A stretch of 64,000 nucleotides of DNA, taken from an uncultured Acidobacteriota bacterium (lineage in GTDB: Bacteria > Acidobacteriota > Thermoanaerobaculia > Multivoradales > JAHEKO01). The position numbers and the translations under genes are program-made. The notes under the pieces were generated by a model. The model made no database searches. It worked only from the letters and a program-made list of their open reading frames with translations, and was not told the DNA's origin. The stretch spans positions 384,001 to 448,000 of the forward strand of contig CAVQNG010000003.1 of assembly GCA_963713825.1 (NCBI GenBank), read 5' to 3'. Positions 59,154 to 64,000 of the stretch are shown one piece after another. Numbering within the stretch: position 1 is the stretch's first letter; each line of letters starts with the position of its first letter.

Positions 59154-60134
59154 ATGAACGAGAGGAGTCTCAAGATTCTCGAAGAGGGTGTCGGCGACCT
59201 GCTGACGCCCATCGACCTCGATGCCTTCCGCGCTCACAACCGGGCCAAGGAGAAAGGTCTGGTGGACAAGCGGATGAGCGAGAAGGAGGCCATCCGGCGA
59301 TTCGTCGACGAGGGCGACTACGTCGGAGTGGAGCTCTACGGCACAGTGCGCTGCCCAATGTCGCTGACCCGCGAGCTCATCCGGGCGGGTTACCGCAGCC
59401 TGCGCGGCGTGGGCCAGGGGGTCTACGAATCGGATCTCTTCGCCGCTGCCGGCTCGTTCAAGGCCTTGGACTGGACCTATATCGGTCTCGAGGTCTACGG
59501 CGTGTCGTCCAACCTTCGGCGGGCCGTCGAATCGGGCTATGTGGAGAACATCGTCGAATGGTCCAACGCCGCCCTGGCCTGGAGATTCAAGGCGGCGGCC
59601 ATGGGGGTGCCCTTCCTGCCGACGCGCTCCATGCTGGGGACCGATACCCTCAAGTACTCGGCCGCCAAAGTGGTGGAGTGCCCTTTCACCGGCGAGCCAA
59701 TCTGTTTGCTGCCGGCGCTGATTCTCGATGTGGGCATCATCCATGTGAATCGTGCGGACAAGCACGGCAACTGCCAGATCGACGGCATCTCGGGTTTTGC
59801 AGCCGAGATGGCCTGTGCTTCGAAGAGGGTCATCGTCTCGGCCGAGGAGATCGTCGACACCGAGGCCATTCGACGGAAGCCCGATCGCACCATCATTCCC
59901 TGGTACGTGGTCGACGCCGTCGTCGAAGCACCCTTTGGCTCCCACCCCGGGGAGATGAGCGGCATGTACGAGCGCGACGAGGAGCACATCCGCTCCTATT
60001 TCGAGAGCACCAAGGACGTCGAAAAGGTGAAGGCCTATCTCGACAAGTGGGTCTACGGGGTGGAGACTCACGAAGCCTACCTCGACCTGGTGGGTAGAGA
60101 ACGGCTGGAGGACCTGAGGATCAAAGGGGCTTGA
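59154..60134 (+). CDS. Family I CoA-transferase subunit A (glutaconate CoA-transferase-like)
   Basis: AMGVPFLPTRSMLGTD, ADKHGNCQI, SAEEIV, APFGSHP; GGAGG RBS. Confidence 0.9.
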   Translation: MNERSLKILEEGVGDLLTPIDLDAFRAHNRAKEKGLVDKRMSEKEAIRRFVDEGDYVGVELYGTVRCPMSLTRELIRAGYRSLRGVGQGVYESDLFAAAGSFKALDWTYIGLEVYGVSSNLRRAVESGYVENIVEWSNAALAWRFKAAAMGVPFLPTRSMLGTDTLKYSAAKVVECPFTGEPICLLPALILDVGIIHVNRADKHGNCQIDGISGFAAEMACASKRVIVSAEEIVDTEAIRRKPDRTIIPWYVVDAVVEAPFGSHPGEMSGMYERDEEHIRSYFESTKDVEKVKAYLDKWVYGVETHEAYLDLVGRERLEDLRIKGA

Positions 60135-60135
60135 G

Positions 60136-60903
60136 ATGGCAGAAGAGAGCTACACCAGCACCGAGTTGATGATCTGCCTGGCCAGCCGCACCATGGCCGA
60201 CAATGCGACCGCTTTCATCGGCACCGGCATTCCCATGCTGGCAGCGTCGCTGGCGCAGAAGATGCACGCCAAGAACCTGACGCCGGTCTTCGAGTTCGGG
60301 GGCACCGGCGCCATCCTCGAGAAGCTCCCTCTGGCGGTGGGGGACATGCGCACCTATAACAGGGGCCTCCACGCCGCCGGCATCTGCACCGCCATGGAGG
60401 CGGCGCAACGCGGCTTCATCGAGTATGGGTTTCTCGGCGGCGCCCAGATCGATGCCTTCGGCAACCTCAACAGCACAGTAATCGGCGAGCAGTCGTCGCC
60501 GAAAGTACGACTGCCGGGATCGGGAGGCGGCAACGACGTGGGCTCCGCCTGCTGGCGCACCATCGTCATCATGCGGCAATCGCCCCGGACCTTTGTGTCC
60601 GAGGTCGACTTCCTCACCACTCCTGGCTATCTCGACGGGCCTGGAGCGCGAGAGCGCGCCGGCCTTCCGGTTGACACTGGCCCCTTCCGAGTCGTCACCG
60701 ATCTCTGCACCCTCGACTTCGAGGACAAGAGCAAGCGCATGCGCCTGCTGGCGCTCAATCCGGGGGTCGAGCTGGAGCAGGCACAAGCCGCCACCGGCTT
60801 TGAGATACTTCTGCCAGACGAGATCGGCCGCAACGAGGAGCCCAGCACCGAAGAGTTGCGCCTCCTGCGCGATGAGATCGATAAGGATCGCCTCTACATC
60901 TGA
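60136..60903 (+). CDS. Family I CoA-transferase subunit B
   Basis: FIGTGIP, VFEFG, GGAQIDAFGNLNS, RLPGSGGGND. Confidence 0.9.
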   Translation: MAEESYTSTELMICLASRTMADNATAFIGTGIPMLAASLAQKMHAKNLTPVFEFGGTGAILEKLPLAVGDMRTYNRGLHAAGICTAMEAAQRGFIEYGFLGGAQIDAFGNLNSTVIGEQSSPKVRLPGSGGGNDVGSACWRTIVIMRQSPRTFVSEVDFLTTPGYLDGPGARERAGLPVDTGPFRVVTDLCTLDFEDKSKRMRLLALNPGVELEQAQAATGFEILLPDEIGRNEEPSTEELRLLRDEIDKDRLYI

Positions 60904-60930
60904 CGCCGTTCCAGACTCGAGGCGGGGTAA

Positions 60931-63192
<2,262 letters not shown>

Positions 63193-63277
63193 TCTCGACG
63201 GGAAGGACATCCGTCGAGGGCGCCTCGATCAGGATCGGACGGCCACCCGCGATCAGCAGGCGGATACAACTCTCACT

Positions 63278-63334
63278 GCAGGGGCGGCCCTTGCGGCCGC
63301 CCCACAGCGAGAGGGGACAAGCCCCTCCCCCCGC
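63278..63334. repeat. Inverted REP doublet (REPIN-like)
   Basis: GCAG GGGCGGCC CTTGC GGCCGCCC, short spacer, then GAGGGG ACAAG CCCCTCCCCCCGC, which resembles the 3905 element. Confidence 0.65.
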
Positions 63335-63381
63335 AGAACTCGTTCAAGAAATGGTGGACTGGGTGGGGTCGATATACCCGT

Positions 63382-63999
63382 CTACTTGAATGGATCCAGT
63401 CTTCGAACCACTTTCATGTCGATCCAGTAGACGTCTCTACTGCCGCCCGTATCGCTGTTGAAGAAGAGGTACTTTCCATCCGAAGTGATGAACGGGCGAT
63501 TCTCAGAGCCGGGTGTGTTCACACCATCACCGAGGTTTATCGAGGGAGACCATTGGCCATCTCGATCCTTGAACGACACATAGAGATCATCCATGCCCAG
63601 TCCACTCGGCTTCTTCGAACAGAACACCAGCATGCTCCCGTCCGGCGAGATTGCAGGGTCCCATTCATCCCACTGCGTGTTGATGTTCTCCCCCAGACGC
63701 ATGGGCTCGGAATAGGCGCCGTTCCTGAACTGAGCAGAGAGGATCTCAGAAAGGCCATCATCACCTTCGAACCTCCTGAAGAAATAGAGGGTCTTGTCAT
63801 TCGAAACAGACGGATATGAATCGTGAAGAGGGGAGTTGACAGGAGCTCCCAGATGTACCGGTTCTGACCAAGAACCGTTGCTGTTCTCAACCAGCCAGAT
63901 GTCACTCGACTCGTTCTCTTCATCTCCTCCGCCCAGGGGTCTGTTCGAGGTGAAGTACAGCCTTGCTTCGTTGGGAGCGAAGGTGAAATCTCCGAAACC
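63382..63999 (-). CDS. PD40/TolB-like beta-propeller protein, 5' part outside the window
   Basis: LYFTSNRP, WSEPVHLGAPVNS, PAISPDGS, SDGKYLFFNS; paralogue of 39761. Confidence 0.85.
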   Translation of the reverse strand, partial: GFGDFTFAPNEARLYFTSNRPLGGGDEENESSDIWLVENSNGSWSEPVHLGAPVNSPLHDSYPSVSNDKTLYFFRRFEGDDGLSEILSAQFRNGAYSEPMRLGENINTQWDEWDPAISPDGSMLVFCSKKPSGLGMDDLYVSFKDRDGQWSPSINLGDGVNTPGSENRPFITSDGKYLFFNSDTGGSRDVYWIDMKVVRRLDPFK

Positions 64000-64000
64000 G

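Noticed and set aside
58820-59212. N-terminal extension of the HMG-CoA synthase ORF
   Set aside because: It spans the divergent promoter region and overlaps the CoA-transferase gene; homology starts at MSQQQVG, which has a GGGAGG RBS.

Overview
GC-rich bacterial window. ADOP permease, an Oar-type TonB receptor and many Hanks kinase/TolB/TPR fusions suggest Acidobacteriota (inference). About 48 CDS; no rRNA, tRNA, CRISPR array or transposase was seen. Recognisable blocks: a MarR/dioxygenase/esterase (Mhq-like) operon, two ECF sigma/anti-sigma operons, four Ser/Thr kinase fusions (two frameshifted), aqpZ, a FadL-like barrel, an AraC/kinase/AhpD redox block, HMG-CoA synthase divergent from a CoA-transferase pair, and katG. 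The best candidate for an undescribed system is the minus-strand operon at 22420-28276. It opens with a small ORF missed by the ORF track that has an in-frame UGA followed by a SECIS-like hairpin (candidate selenoprotein), translationally coupled to an atypical amino-acid dehydrogenase, then a nitroreductase, a threonine-synthase-like PLP enzyme, an atypical homocitrate-synthase-like enzyme and a B12 radical SAM enzyme. Other observations: a GTAG-type REP inserted in frame in a kinase, internally deleted gene relics in spacers, consensus sigma54 promoters, and a pseudo-receiver LytTR regulator. All family calls come from reading motifs by eye; no searches were run.
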